Shown one piece after another: positions 47,376 to 57,174 of a stretch of 64,000 bases of DNA. How positions within the stretch are numbered: the first letter of the stretch is position 1; each line of letters opens with the position of its first letter. Origin of the DNA: an uncultured virus (IMG/VR IMGVR_UViG_3300048799_000004) (taxonomy: Duplodnaviria; Heunggongvirae; Uroviricota; Caudoviricetes); the IMG/VR virus record IMGVR_UViG_3300048799_000004. The stretch is one strand, 5' to 3'. The notes under the pieces were generated by a model. That model was not told where the DNA came from, ran no database searches, and saw only the letters and a program-made list of their open reading frames with translations. Both the position numbers and the translations under genes were made by a program.

Positions 47376-47977
47376 CTACCGTGGCGTACCGATCAGGCAT
47401 CCTAGCTGCGGACAGTCGCAGTACCACGCACACCGATGCCGGTGGTGCGCGCGTGTTCCTGAGTGAGAAGCTGTTTCGCAAGTCCATCCTGGTCAACGGG
47501 GTGCAGCAAGAGGTTATCCTGGCTACTGCAGGCGAGACGTTTTCAGGTCTTGTCTTCGTTGACTGGCTGGGCTCGGGTAAGGAAGCTCCTGAGAACCTTA
47601 TTCACGGAGACGCTGAGTTCACCGTGCTCGTTCTACAGAATGACGGGCTCTGGGAATTTGATAAATGGTGCAGAGGAGAGAAGGTGCTCAACGAGTTCTA
47701 CGCGGTAGGATCTGGCGCGAAGGCGGCGATGGGTGCCATGCACATGGGCGCGAGCGCAAAGCGCGCGGTAGAGGTCGCCTGTTTGATCGACCCGTACACC
47801 GCTCCCCCGGTGGTAACGATGACCCTGCGGAAAGCCAAGGCCAGGAAGTCTGCTAAAATAGAGCATGGCAAACAAGCCGAAACAGCCAAGACCGATCAAA
47901 GCGCCCGCGTTTCAGGCAGTGATGCCCGCAAAGGGAGCAGCACTGACGAAGGCAGCGCCCACGGTGACTTATCGTAA
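47372..47977 (+). CDS. Ntn-hydrolase, HslV/proteasome-beta-like peptidase
   Basis: N-terminal M-TT, AADSR, K, AG, and AVGSG..AA.GAM..GASA..AV..A..ID motifs. Confidence 0.8.
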   Translation: MTTVAYRSGILAADSRSTTHTDAGGARVFLSEKLFRKSILVNGVQQEVILATAGETFSGLVFVDWLGSGKEAPENLIHGDAEFTVLVLQNDGLWEFDKWCRGEKVLNEFYAVGSGAKAAMGAMHMGASAKRAVEVACLIDPYTAPPVVTMTLRKAKARKSAKIEHGKQAETAKTDQSARVSGSDARKGSSTDEGSAHGDLS

Positions 47978-48000
47978 GAAGAAGCGTATACTGGTACGCG

Positions 48001-48495
48001 ATGAAACCTTGCGTTAAATGCGGGTCTACAGAGCGACTGAGACCCACTGTACGCGATCCTCTTGGCCGCTGTCGGCCTTGTGACGCGGCGTACCGTGTAC
48101 TGTACCGCTCCAGGAACACCGCGCTATGCCTGTCGTATACGGCTACGTGGAGGGGTAAGAACAGGGATCATCTTAGGGCTTACGATAAGGCTCGGCCATC
48201 GTCAGATGCAGTCTTTAGGTCTGCCAGGAGGCACGCCGCCAAGCTGCAGAGGTCTGCAGTCTGGTGCCCGCAGTGGCTGATGAGGTTATACTACGATGCG
48301 TGCCCAGATGGTTTTGAGGTAGATCACATCGTTCCTATGCAGGGGAAGATGGTGTCAGGGTTACATGTTTCCTGGAATCTGCAGTACTTGACGCCGAAAA
48401 AGAACAGAGAAAAGGGGAATAAATATGCAGTCTCGTGCCAGGAAGTCAATGAATTTACCGGTAGCTCCGGGTGGCCCATCCAAAGGGCCGCGTAA
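48001..48495 (+). CDS. HNH homing endonuclease
   Basis: CVKC...C..C; VDHIVPMQGxxVSGLHVxWNLQxL...NxxKGN. Confidence 0.9.
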   Translation: MKPCVKCGSTERLRPTVRDPLGRCRPCDAAYRVLYRSRNTALCLSYTATWRGKNRDHLRAYDKARPSSDAVFRSARRHAAKLQRSAVWCPQWLMRLYYDACPDGFEVDHIVPMQGKMVSGLHVSWNLQYLTPKKNREKGNKYAVSCQEVNEFTGSSGWPIQRAA

Positions 48496-48856
48496 ATCGC
48501 TGAATCAATTTGTTGTTGGGGCTCCGCGTCAACCGCCGAAAGCTCCGAAAGGTTTTGTTCCAGGATCTATGCCTAAAGCTCCAGCTTTACAGGGGCTTGG
48601 GGTTCCTGCTAATCCGATTTTAAGCGGCAAGAAGATCACCCCCACGGTGAAGTCGGCCCGCCCTGGCGCGTTCAAGGCTCCGATGCCGAACGTGACTCAG
48701 CAAGGCCCGGCACTCGGCGGGCCCAAGCTCGCGAAGGCGGCTGCGGCTCTAAACCGTCAGAAGACTAAGACGAACAAGCTGCTCGGCTCGGCCGGTAACC
48801 CCCAGGGCGTCCAAGGCCCCACGTCAGTCGCTGACGACCAAGACCCGTCGCTCTAG
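48425..48856 (+). CDS. Basic Pro/Lys/Ala-rich hypothetical protein
   Basis: ORF immediately before terL; start uncertain. Confidence 0.5.
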   Translation: MQSRARKSMNLPVAPGGPSKGPRKSLNQFVVGAPRQPPKAPKGFVPGSMPKAPALQGLGVPANPILSGKKITPTVKSARPGAFKAPMPNVTQQGPALGGPKLAKAAAALNRQKTKTNKLLGSAGNPQGVQGPTSVADDQDPSL

Positions 48857-48858
48857 CC

Positions 48859-50478
48859 GTGATCGAGCTGGAGGGCACCCCCAGCCTCACCATCCTGTCT
48901 GCGGAGATCTGCAGGCGTAAGTTCCGTGAGTTCGTCAGGGAGAGCTGGCACACCATCGAGAACGAAACGCTTCAGTGGGAGCCGTACTTAGATGCAATTT
49001 GTGACCATTTGGTATACGTGTTCCTGGGAGACATCAAGAACCTTATCATTTCGATCCCGCCACGATTCTTAAAATCTACTTTAGTTTCGGTCATCTGGCC
49101 AGCGTGGATCTGGGCGAACAACCCGAAGATCAAGTTCCTCACCGGCTCATACGAGATCGGGCTAGCGACCCGCGACGCGCTGCGCATGCGCGACATGGTG
49201 CAGAGCCCCTGGTATCGGGCGCGCTTCGGCAGCGACATCATCTTGAAGCTCGACCAGAACGAGAAGAACCTGTTCGTGAACAATGCCGGTGGTCAGCGCA
49301 TGGCCGTGTCTGTCGGCGGGCGTCTCACCGGGTTCGGCGGCGACTACCATATCGTTGACGATCCGCACAACATCCAGGACATCAACTCGGACACGAAGCG
49401 GGAAACAGCAGTCCGCTGGTACAAGGGGCCGCTGCGCACGCGAGTGAACAACCCATCACAGACTCGCCGGGTTCTGATCGCCCAGCGCTCGCACTCACAG
49501 GACCTCACCGGGGAGTTGCTCGCGACCGAGGGAAAGAAGTACGTTCACTTGTGTTTACCGAATGAGTTTCGCAGAGCCAGCCGTTGTGTCACACGTATCC
49601 TGACGAAGGATGGCACTCATGGCAAGCTTGTGTACATCGATCCTCGCAAGGCCGAGGGTCAGCTCCTGAGCCCAGACCGTTTGACGGCAGAGGCAACATT
49701 GGAACTCAAGGACGGCATGACCGAGGCCGACTACTCGGCGCAGTTCCAGCAAGACCCAAACAAGGAGGGCGGCTACATCCTCAAGCGTAGCTATTGGCAG
49801 CCCTGGGTCAACCCGTCGTGGCATGAAAACCCAGGTATGCAGCGCGAACTGCCTGAGTTCTATGAGAAGATTCAGCTCTATGATACGGCCTTCGAAGAGG
49901 GGGAGGAGAACGACTACAGCGCGCGGCTCACCCTTGGTATCTTCCGGTACACCCCGGAGGTCATGAGCAAGGTACGCCTCCCGGATGGTAGAATGGTGGA
50001 GAGGGCTATTAAGAAGCCTACTCGCAACTGTGCGATTCTATTGGGCGCGTGGCGGGACAAGGTATCGTTCCCGGTGCTCAGGGCGCTAGCCAAGAAGTCG
50101 AACGATAAAGCGAACCCAGACTGGATCTTGATTGAGAAGAAGGCAAGCGGCCACTCACTTATCCAGGAGATGCGCAGAGGGAACATGCCAGTACTCGCGG
50201 TGAAGATCGACGGGGACGGGGACAAGATCTCGCGGGCGCACACAGCCAGCCTCTCGTTGGAGAAGGGCTGCCTGTTCTATTTGCCGAACGAAGACTTCTC
50301 CAAGCCGGTGATGGACGAGTGTGCTGACTTCCCGAAGGGCAAGAATGACGACTGGGTCGATTGCTTGCTGATGGGACTCATGTGGCTGCGTAAGCGCGAC
50401 GGGGTCCAGTTCGAAGAAGAGGCAGGAACGATCAGATTATTTAGGCCCCGCAAAGTCAAGGGCATAGGCACTGCATAA
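48859..50478 (+). CDS. terL: Terminase large subunit
   Basis: PPRxxKS Walker A, IVDDP Walker B, AQFQQxP, DTAF, IEKKASG and FPxGxNDDxVD motifs. Confidence 0.96.
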   Translation: MIELEGTPSLTILSAEICRRKFREFVRESWHTIENETLQWEPYLDAICDHLVYVFLGDIKNLIISIPPRFLKSTLVSVIWPAWIWANNPKIKFLTGSYEIGLATRDALRMRDMVQSPWYRARFGSDIILKLDQNEKNLFVNNAGGQRMAVSVGGRLTGFGGDYHIVDDPHNIQDINSDTKRETAVRWYKGPLRTRVNNPSQTRRVLIAQRSHSQDLTGELLATEGKKYVHLCLPNEFRRASRCVTRILTKDGTHGKLVYIDPRKAEGQLLSPDRLTAEATLELKDGMTEADYSAQFQQDPNKEGGYILKRSYWQPWVNPSWHENPGMQRELPEFYEKIQLYDTAFEEGEENDYSARLTLGIFRYTPEVMSKVRLPDGRMVERAIKKPTRNCAILLGAWRDKVSFPVLRALAKKSNDKANPDWILIEKKASGHSLIQEMRRGNMPVLAVKIDGDGDKISRAHTASLSLEKGCLFYLPNEDFSKPVMDECADFPKGKNDDWVDCLLMGLMWLRKRDGVQFEEEAGTIRLFRPRKVKGIGTA

Positions 50479-53117
50479 TGGCTCTCGAAGAACAACCAAC
50501 GCCGACACCTGATGACTCAGACGACATCACTCAAAATGATGATGGGTCAGTTGACGTTGGTGAGATGAGCGAGAAAGAATCCAACAAGGAGTCAATGGCG
50601 CAGAAGAAGCATGACGCCAACCTTGCTGACTCTCTGGACGAGAATCATCGTCGCAACCTAGGCATGAAGTTGAAGGACTACCTGGGCGTGGACGAAGAGT
50701 CCAGGCGTGATCACTTACGCAGGCTGCGTAAGGGTCTGGAGATCATCGGTCTATCGGACATCCCCTCAGATGAGACTGTGTTCGAAGGCGCATCCACCGT
50801 AACTCACCCGGCGCTCGCCGAGGCTATGGTGCAGTTCCAATCACGGTCCATCAGCGAAGTCTTCCCGCCGCAAGGGCCGGTGAAGGTTGTCCCCGAGGAC
50901 GACGTGGACGAGGACCAGGAGGATCAAGCGGATCGCATCGAGGTCTTCATGAATCGCCAGCTCACGAAGCTGGATAAGCAGTACTTCTGGAACGTGGACC
51001 AGATGCTGTTCTATCTGCCGTTCGCCGGTTCAGCTTTCAAGAAATGCTTTTACGACATCCAGCTCGGTATGCCGGTCGCGCGCTTCCTGCGCGTCGAGGA
51101 CTTCATTGTCCCCTACGACGCCATGAGCCTGGAGGATGCGAGTCGTTACACTCATCGCTACTACATGACCGGCAACGACCTGAAGCGCGCGATAGCTGAC
51201 GGCGAGTTCATTGAGCCCAAGGGTATTTGGAGGCAGCCGTATGTTGCAGAGAGTTCCCCTGAAGATCCTCGCATGCTTCTCGATCACGCTGATGCTAGAA
51301 ACGTGGTGCGTCACGAAGACGACAGCACCTACGAGATGTGCGAGATGCATATCGACTTTCAGTTCACCAACGAGTCAGTTCCCCTTTGCCCGAAGGACAC
51401 TATAACGCCGTGGGCGCGCGTGCCCAGCGGGTTCTACGATGCGACTGGGCAGAAGAAGAACGAGTTCGCGTACCCGTACATCATCACCTTCGAGCGTGAG
51501 ACAGGAGAAGTACTTGCAATCCGACGCAACTGGAAGATCGACGACGACAAGCGCAGGAAGCGTGTCTGGTTCGTCCACTACAAATACCTGCCTGGGTTCG
51601 GCTTCTATGGGTTCGGACTACTGCACCTTATCGGTAGTCTCGGTGCCGCAGCGGGCGGAGCACTCAGACTTTTGCTTGATGGTTCACTCACGTCGTCTCT
51701 CCAGGGCGGCTTCCGAACTAAATCTCTATCTCAAGCTGGAGAGGTCCGGTACAAAGCGGGAGAGTGGGTTGATGTTGATGCGAGCGCTGAGGACTTAGCA
51801 AAGGGTTTCTACACGCCACCGTTCAAAGAGCCGACCCCGGCGCTGTTCAGTACGCTGAAACTATTGGTTGAGGGTATTCAATCGTTCTCATCGACGACTG
51901 AGGCTATGACCGGCGAGTCGCCGAACACTGGCCCGGTGGGAACAACCCTCGCCATCATCGAGCAGGGCAGCAAGGTGTTCTCCGCTATCCATAAGCGTCT
52001 GCACACAAGCGCTGGAGAAGAGTTCGGTATCCTATATACGCTGAACAGCGAATATATGGCTGACGAGAAATATCCAATCAATTCAAAGCAGTTCAACGGC
52101 ATCAAGATAGGGCAAGACTTCAACGGCACGATCACTCACGAGATCCGTCCTGTCAGCGACCCGAACATCTGGTCGAGCACGATGCGTATCGCGCAGGCTC
52201 AGTCAGTGCTCGGGCTCATCACGTCTGACCCCTCACTGTATTCGGAAAAAGCCAAGCGCAAGGCGCACCGTGAGATGCTGAGGGCGCTGCGCGTCCACGA
52301 CGTTGATCAGTACATGTCTACGGATGCGTACAGCGAGCTGGACCCGGTCAGCGAGAACATGGCGATCATGGCGAACACGCCGGTACGCGCGTTCTACGAT
52401 CAGCTCCACACGGCGCACATCGCCATCCACCAGGACTTCATGCAGAAGACGATGCCTGCCTTGGACCCGGCGCTGCAGCAACAGTTCCAGATGATTATGG
52501 CGGCGCACGTAGCCGAGCACTTGGCGTTCCAGTACAAGGTAGAGATCGAAAAGACGATGGGTATTCCTCTGCCGCCGTTCGATATGCATGACCCGACAGA
52601 GACGAAGGTCTCACCGGACCTGCAGAACATGATCGCGTCCGCCGTAGCTGTGAAGGTCAACGCTGTACCCGCGCCAGCACCTAACCCGGCCGCGCAGCAG
52701 CAACAGCAGCAGCAGCCTACCTCGCAGCAACAGGACGCGGCGAAGGCTCAGGCCATCAAGACGCAGACGGATGCGAAGGTGCAGCAGGCGACGAAGGTTT
52801 CTCAGGCGGATGAGGCTCGCAAGCAACTCTCGGCAATGGGCGACGCGAAGCGCAAAGACACCGAGACTAAGGCCAAGATACGACGGGAGGATGCGCTCTT
52901 GCGCGCGAAGCTCCTGCGAGAAGGTCACATCAGGAACGCCCACGACATTCAGTTGCCGTCCGACAACATGAAGTTCGATGGCGGTACGCCCAAAGGCGGT
53001 CAGCAGCCTCCGCAGTCTCCCCCAGGGCAATCGATGGCACCAACTCCGCAGGGTCCTCCGCCATCCCCAATGGGCGGGTCCGGTCCACCCATCGGCGGTA
53101 GCCCGGCTGGTGTATAG
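50478..53117 (+). CDS. Portal protein
   Basis: HPxLAEAxxQFQ, LFYLPxAGSAFKK, PGFGFYGFGL, PVGTTLAxxEQG, AIHKRLH and PVSDPN motifs; follows terL. Confidence 0.9.
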   Translation: MALEEQPTPTPDDSDDITQNDDGSVDVGEMSEKESNKESMAQKKHDANLADSLDENHRRNLGMKLKDYLGVDEESRRDHLRRLRKGLEIIGLSDIPSDETVFEGASTVTHPALAEAMVQFQSRSISEVFPPQGPVKVVPEDDVDEDQEDQADRIEVFMNRQLTKLDKQYFWNVDQMLFYLPFAGSAFKKCFYDIQLGMPVARFLRVEDFIVPYDAMSLEDASRYTHRYYMTGNDLKRAIADGEFIEPKGIWRQPYVAESSPEDPRMLLDHADARNVVRHEDDSTYEMCEMHIDFQFTNESVPLCPKDTITPWARVPSGFYDATGQKKNEFAYPYIITFERETGEVLAIRRNWKIDDDKRRKRVWFVHYKYLPGFGFYGFGLLHLIGSLGAAAGGALRLLLDGSLTSSLQGGFRTKSLSQAGEVRYKAGEWVDVDASAEDLAKGFYTPPFKEPTPALFSTLKLLVEGIQSFSSTTEAMTGESPNTGPVGTTLAIIEQGSKVFSAIHKRLHTSAGEEFGILYTLNSEYMADEKYPINSKQFNGIKIGQDFNGTITHEIRPVSDPNIWSSTMRIAQAQSVLGLITSDPSLYSEKAKRKAHREMLRALRVHDVDQYMSTDAYSELDPVSENMAIMANTPVRAFYDQLHTAHIAIHQDFMQKTMPALDPALQQQFQMIMAAHVAEHLAFQYKVEIEKTMGIPLPPFDMHDPTETKVSPDLQNMIASAVAVKVNAVPAPAPNPAAQQQQQQQPTSQQQDAAKAQAIKTQTDAKVQQATKVSQADEARKQLSAMGDAKRKDTETKAKIRREDALLRAKLLREGHIRNAHDIQLPSDNMKFDGGTPKGGQQPPQSPPGQSMAPTPQGPPPSPMGGSGPPIGGSPAGV

Positions 53118-53374
53118 TGGCAGTACACCCACTACCGCAAGAGGTACGGGCAGCTCGGTCCTACCTGAGGCAGCGAGGGATTAGGACTGAGGATATCTCG
53201 CCGCGCACCTTCGCAGGGGCAGCGAAAGAACAGAGCACTGGATTCAAGGGTGTCATGAAGTTTCTGGGCAATCAGTTGGCAGGTGGGCAGAATCAGGCGG
53301 CGGATATTCACTCCGCGATAGCTGATGAGGACCACGACAAGACTGAATCGCAGCTACCTACAGGCGGGCCATGA
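53117..53374 (+). CDS. Hypothetical protein (R.AR.YL...ISPR.FA)
   Basis: ORF coupled to the portal gene. Confidence 0.55.
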   Translation: MAVHPLPQEVRAARSYLRQRGIRTEDISPRTFAGAAKEQSTGFKGVMKFLGNQLAGGQNQAADIHSAIADEDHDKTESQLPTGGP

Positions 53375-53631
53375 GCGTAGAGTCACAGTTGGCGGTGTTC
53401 ATTTCCAAGGAACGTTCACGTATCGTGAACGCTTGGGGAACAGGCGTCGAGGACTACGGCACATATTTGCAGTGGCTCGGGAAGTGGCGTGAAATCAAGG
53501 CCCTAGAAGATCACTTGGCCGAACTCAAGCGCAAGCGCGGAGACAACGACGATGAGCCTACTGACGACAGACCTGCTGCCCGAGGACGTAGAGGAATCAG
53601 CTCCGACGACATCGCAGCCGACGCATGGTAA
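53371..53631 (+). CDS. Hypothetical protein of the head module
   Basis: G..DY..Y...G motif; lies before the GroES-like gene. Confidence 0.55.
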   Translation: MSVESQLAVFISKERSRIVNAWGTGVEDYGTYLQWLGKWREIKALEDHLAELKRKRGDNDDEPTDDRPAARGRRGISSDDIAADAW

Positions 53632-54022
53632 CCTCCCGCTCGCCCTACGACCTATCAAGTGGTTCGTCCTGGTGCGACCGTATCGCCCGAGAACTAAGAT
53701 CGGAAGCATCGCCCTTACCGAGAACGACCAGAAAGCTCAGGCTGTATTCAATGAGACCGGACAGATACTGGCGCTCGGAGGCTTGGTTGGTAAAGCTGTC
53801 ACCACGTCGGGCCTTAGGTTTGCCGACGATCCCGATCAGCTGACGGTAGGCATGTGGGTCGCGTACCCGAAGCACTGCGGCTCAGAGCACTGCACCAACG
53901 ACGTGATCGTTGACGCAGACGGAGTAGCACAGCTCGACACCCTGAAGACCATCAAAGAGACTGACGTCATCGCGCTCGTTCCTGATCCTTCTCGCTTGTG
54001 GGTTTGGATAGCTGGAAAATGA
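53552..54022 (+). CDS. GroES-like co-chaperonin
   Basis: LRPIxxxVLVRP, GxILALG, VGxWVxYxKxxG and I.E.DVIA motifs. Confidence 0.7.
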   Translation: MSLLTTDLLPEDVEESAPTTSQPTHGNLPLALRPIKWFVLVRPYRPRTKIGSIALTENDQKAQAVFNETGQILALGGLVGKAVTTSGLRFADDPDQLTVGMWVAYPKHCGSEHCTNDVIVDADGVAQLDTLKTIKETDVIALVPDPSRLWVWIAGK

Positions 54023-54420
54023 GGCAAGAGGATCTAGACTTCGTCTGGCCAATCCACCTACTCACCAACGTGTGGGTTGTCTGTGGTTCGCGCTACTTCA
54101 ACGGCCGCCAGCGCCTGACGGACGAGCTGGATCGGCTGTCGAACATCCGCAAGCCACAAGCAATCTACTCGGGCGGATGTCGCGGCCCAGACCGCATGGG
54201 CGAGACCTGGGCGGTAGACAACAAGGTCATCGTTGTGAAGGTGCTCGCGGACTGGTCTAAGTACGGCCCGCGTGCTGGTCCGTACCGCAATGAGCAGATG
54301 GCTCTGCGCGCGGAAGGGGGAGCTTGTATTTGTTTCTGGGATGGGAAGAGCAGGGGGTCGCTGTCGATGATGAACAGAGCAGGCGCGCATGGATTATACC
54401 TACATATTGTCCGCGTATGA
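54019..54420 (+). CDS. SLOG-superfamily (YspA/DUF2493-like) protein
   Basis: VCGSR, SGGxRGxD, ADWxKYGxRAGPxRNxQM and WDGxSRG motifs. Confidence 0.85.
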   Translation: MRQEDLDFVWPIHLLTNVWVVCGSRYFNGRQRLTDELDRLSNIRKPQAIYSGGCRGPDRMGETWAVDNKVIVVKVLADWSKYGPRAGPYRNEQMALRAEGGACICFWDGKSRGSLSMMNRAGAHGLYLHIVRV

Positions 54421-54777
54421 GCGGGAACGCTGCTGCAAAAAAGAAGTACCGTGAGTCAGCTCACGGGCGTAAGAAGCAGCTAGAAGGAGTGCTGCGTTGG
54501 CAAGCGGCCAACCCCGATAAGGTACTCAAGTCTCATCGTAAAACAAACGGCTACCCAGAGCCAACTCGTCCCATGCCGTCCTCTTGCGAGTCATGCGGTC
54601 AGATACCAACCGGGCGCAAGAAACGCTTGGATTTAGACCATGACCACGATGTTCCGTGGATGGCTCTGCGGTAAGTGCAACAGAGCGTGCGGGATGCTAG
54701 GAGATACGCAGGCTGCTGTACTCTTGCTAGTGGCATACCTCGGGCGCGTGTTAGATCGTACAAAACCTGTGATATGA
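54417..54777 (+). pseudogene. Frameshifted endonuclease VII-type HNH
   Basis: CESCG...LDHDH in one frame; FRGWLCGKCNxxxGxLGD...YL continues in the +1 frame from about 54649. Confidence 0.8.
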
Positions 54778-54837
54778 TAGGTACATACCCACTCAGGCTG
54801 TAGCCAGAGGCGTAACGAACAAGAATAAGGACTCAAA

Positions 54838-55860
54838 GTGCCCAAGACTTACGACCACAGCTTCAACGACCTGCATTCCGAGGACACCGTCGAAGGTGCC
54901 CAAGTGGACCTCCAACCGGAGGTACGGCAGGACGCAACCGGCGCAACGATCATCAACGAAGCTCCACGCAATCCAAATGCAGGTAAGGCTGACCAGTTCG
55001 GCGACATCGACAAACGAGTTGATGCCCCGGAGGAAGTCAACGCTGATGAGACCTTCGAAGTCGAAACCACTCGCAAGGATGAAGGTGGCAACGAGGACGA
55101 GCAAAAGGACACATTCGAGGAACGCCTCGGACGTGAGCGTCGCATGCGTGAGGAAGCTGAGGAGCGCAGCCGCCGCCTGGAAGCACAGGTAGGCCAGCTC
55201 ACCCAGCGAGTTGATGTGGAAGAACAGACCCGCGCTGCGGATCTGGAAAACACGAAGGATCGCACGAAGCTCGACACTCTCAAGGCAAGGAAGATCAAGG
55301 CCAAAGAGGAGGGCGACACGGCTGCTGAGGTTGAAGTTGATGATCAGATCACTGATGTCAAGGCCAACATCAAGTCACGCAACGACAAGCTGGAGTCAGC
55401 TCGCGCTGCGGCGAAGCAGACCCCGGCGAAGGCGACGGTAGTCAATCCGAAGGCGCAAGCCTGGATCACGGCGCACCCCGCGTACGGTAACGATCCCTTG
55501 TTCAAAGAGGCTGCCTTGGCAGCCGACCAGTTGCTCTACAAAATGGGGCATAACCAAAACAGCGACGAGTACTACACTCGTCTGACGAAGATCCTCGACG
55601 AGCGGTTCCACGACAAGGTGAACCCAGAGTATCTGAAGTCGAAGCGCGGCGGCAAGTCCGGCGCTGGTGGAGTCGGCAGCAACGGTGTGCGCGGTGGAAG
55701 CTCGATGGAGGTACGGAACAGTAACCCTAACAAGGTTACCATCACCAAAGACGAGATCAAGATGCTCCAGAGCATGGGGCAAGACACCACGGACCCGAGA
55801 GTTCTTCGCGAGTTCGCCCGCAATAAGCAGGCTGATGCACGCAAGGAGAAGCAGTCATGA
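54838..55860 (+). CDS. Capsid scaffolding protein
   Basis: Acidic N-terminus, coiled coil, PKAxAW...P.YG and SDEYY motifs; position before the capsid genes. Confidence 0.75.
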   Translation: MPKTYDHSFNDLHSEDTVEGAQVDLQPEVRQDATGATIINEAPRNPNAGKADQFGDIDKRVDAPEEVNADETFEVETTRKDEGGNEDEQKDTFEERLGRERRMREEAEERSRRLEAQVGQLTQRVDVEEQTRAADLENTKDRTKLDTLKARKIKAKEEGDTAAEVEVDDQITDVKANIKSRNDKLESARAAAKQTPAKATVVNPKAQAWITAHPAYGNDPLFKEAALAADQLLYKMGHNQNSDEYYTRLTKILDERFHDKVNPEYLKSKRGGKSGAGGVGSNGVRGGSSMEVRNSNPNKVTITKDEIKMLQSMGQDTTDPRVLREFARNKQADARKEKQS

Positions 55861-56483
55861 GTGAGAAAGGATATGTAGAGGTTCCCGAGTTCGTCCCGAA
55901 CGAAGAGATCGACACGGACGACATCGGTGAGCTGCAGAAGCGCATCAATCAGATCAAAGCTGCTGGTGCCGCACAGACAAGTAAACGTGCTCAGACAGTT
56001 GAGACTCATGAAGTTGACACTGGTGATGAGCAAGTCCACGGCAACGTGGACGTGGTCGAGAACGAGCAGGATCAGATGAACTGGAGAGATCCAGGGAACC
56101 TTGAGATGCCCGGCCCCCGACCAGGGTTCGTTCAGAGATTGGTTCGGACAGCCTCGCGCGGTCAGCAAGACCCGCAGAACTGGTCGCGAGCCATGCGTGA
56201 AGGATGGCAGCCTAGGAACATTGATAGTGTTCCGAAGGAAGACTTACCGCCCACCGTCGCTTACGCAGGGAACACTGTCATTGGCGTGGAAGGTTTGATC
56301 CTGTGCGAGATGCCGGTACGCATCGCACGACAGCGTGCGAAGTTCTACCGTCAACAGACGGCCGTGCAAACGGAAGCCATCGAACGGGACATCCACAAAG
56401 AAGAACGCCAGGGATACGGTGCCATCGTGGCCGACCGGCGACAGAGAGTAAAAACGGGGCGGGGGGCAGACTCAGAGGACTAA
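55857..56483 (+). CDS. Conserved head-module protein
   Basis: P.PRPGF..R.VR...D..N.....REGW and GLILCEMP...R..FY motifs. Confidence 0.65.
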   Translation: MSEKGYVEVPEFVPNEEIDTDDIGELQKRINQIKAAGAAQTSKRAQTVETHEVDTGDEQVHGNVDVVENEQDQMNWRDPGNLEMPGPRPGFVQRLVRTASRGQQDPQNWSRAMREGWQPRNIDSVPKEDLPPTVAYAGNTVIGVEGLILCEMPVRIARQRAKFYRQQTAVQTEAIERDIHKEERQGYGAIVADRRQRVKTGRGADSED

Positions 56484-56526
56484 CATCTGGGCGTCTCCGT
56501 CCTTCAACAAAAAGGATTGAGACATC

Positions 56527-57141
56527 ATGGCAAGCACGCTTCCGAACAGCCCCTACGGCTTCAAACCCGTCCGTCACCAGAATGGTGGCGTAATCCGCGC
56601 AGCTTCGTACACCATCGCATCGGCCTACGCCTCGAACATTTTCGCTGGCGACTTGGTCTCGATGGCGTCCGCCGCAGCCCGCAACATCATACTGAACACC
56701 ACGTCACTTTTCGTGCGCGGCGTGTTCATGGGTTGCGAGTTCGTTGACTCGGCCGGTAACACCCGGTTCGAGAAGATGTGGGTTGCCAGCACGGCGATCC
56801 TCGCTGGCACAGTCATCACGGCCTACGTGTATGACGACCCGTTGATTATCTTCAAAGCGATGGTCTCTGGCGTCAGCGCCACGACGTTCGCCGCGACCGA
56901 TGTCAATGCGTACTACGCTCCTGCTGGGCAGTCTTCTGGCTCGACCCTCACTGGCATGTCAGCCGAGTACGCGAACTTCGCGACCTACACGAAGACAGCC
57001 AACAAGAACGTCTCGTTGTTCCTGTACAACCTGACGGGCAACCCTGGCAACGATCCGGTCAACTTCGGTGGATACACTGAGGCTGAGTTCCTGATCGTGC
57101 AGTCCGACCTGATCGCGCAGTGGGCGCACACCCTGGTCTAA
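56527..57141 (+). CDS. Capsid decoration / minor head protein
   Basis: PYGFKP, IASxYxxNIFxGDLV, GVFxGCE and YDDP motifs. Confidence 0.7.
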   Translation: MASTLPNSPYGFKPVRHQNGGVIRAASYTIASAYASNIFAGDLVSMASAAARNIILNTTSLFVRGVFMGCEFVDSAGNTRFEKMWVASTAILAGTVITAYVYDDPLIIFKAMVSGVSATTFAATDVNAYYAPAGQSSGSTLTGMSAEYANFATYTKTANKNVSLFLYNLTGNPGNDPVNFGGYTEAEFLIVQSDLIAQWAHTLV

Positions 57142-57174
57142 GCAGCAACCAACAAAAGAGAGAAGAGAACTACA

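Noticed and set aside
47865..48856. HNH-containing intron splitting a Lys/Pro-rich gene (MANKPKQPRP... plus the 48425 ORF)
   Set aside because: The flanking ORFs have similar composition, but there is no room for, or sign of, group I core elements; a free-standing HNH is simpler.
48859..53117. Intein or intron in terL or the portal gene
   Set aside because: Both ORFs are continuous and of normal size, with no intein splice motifs.
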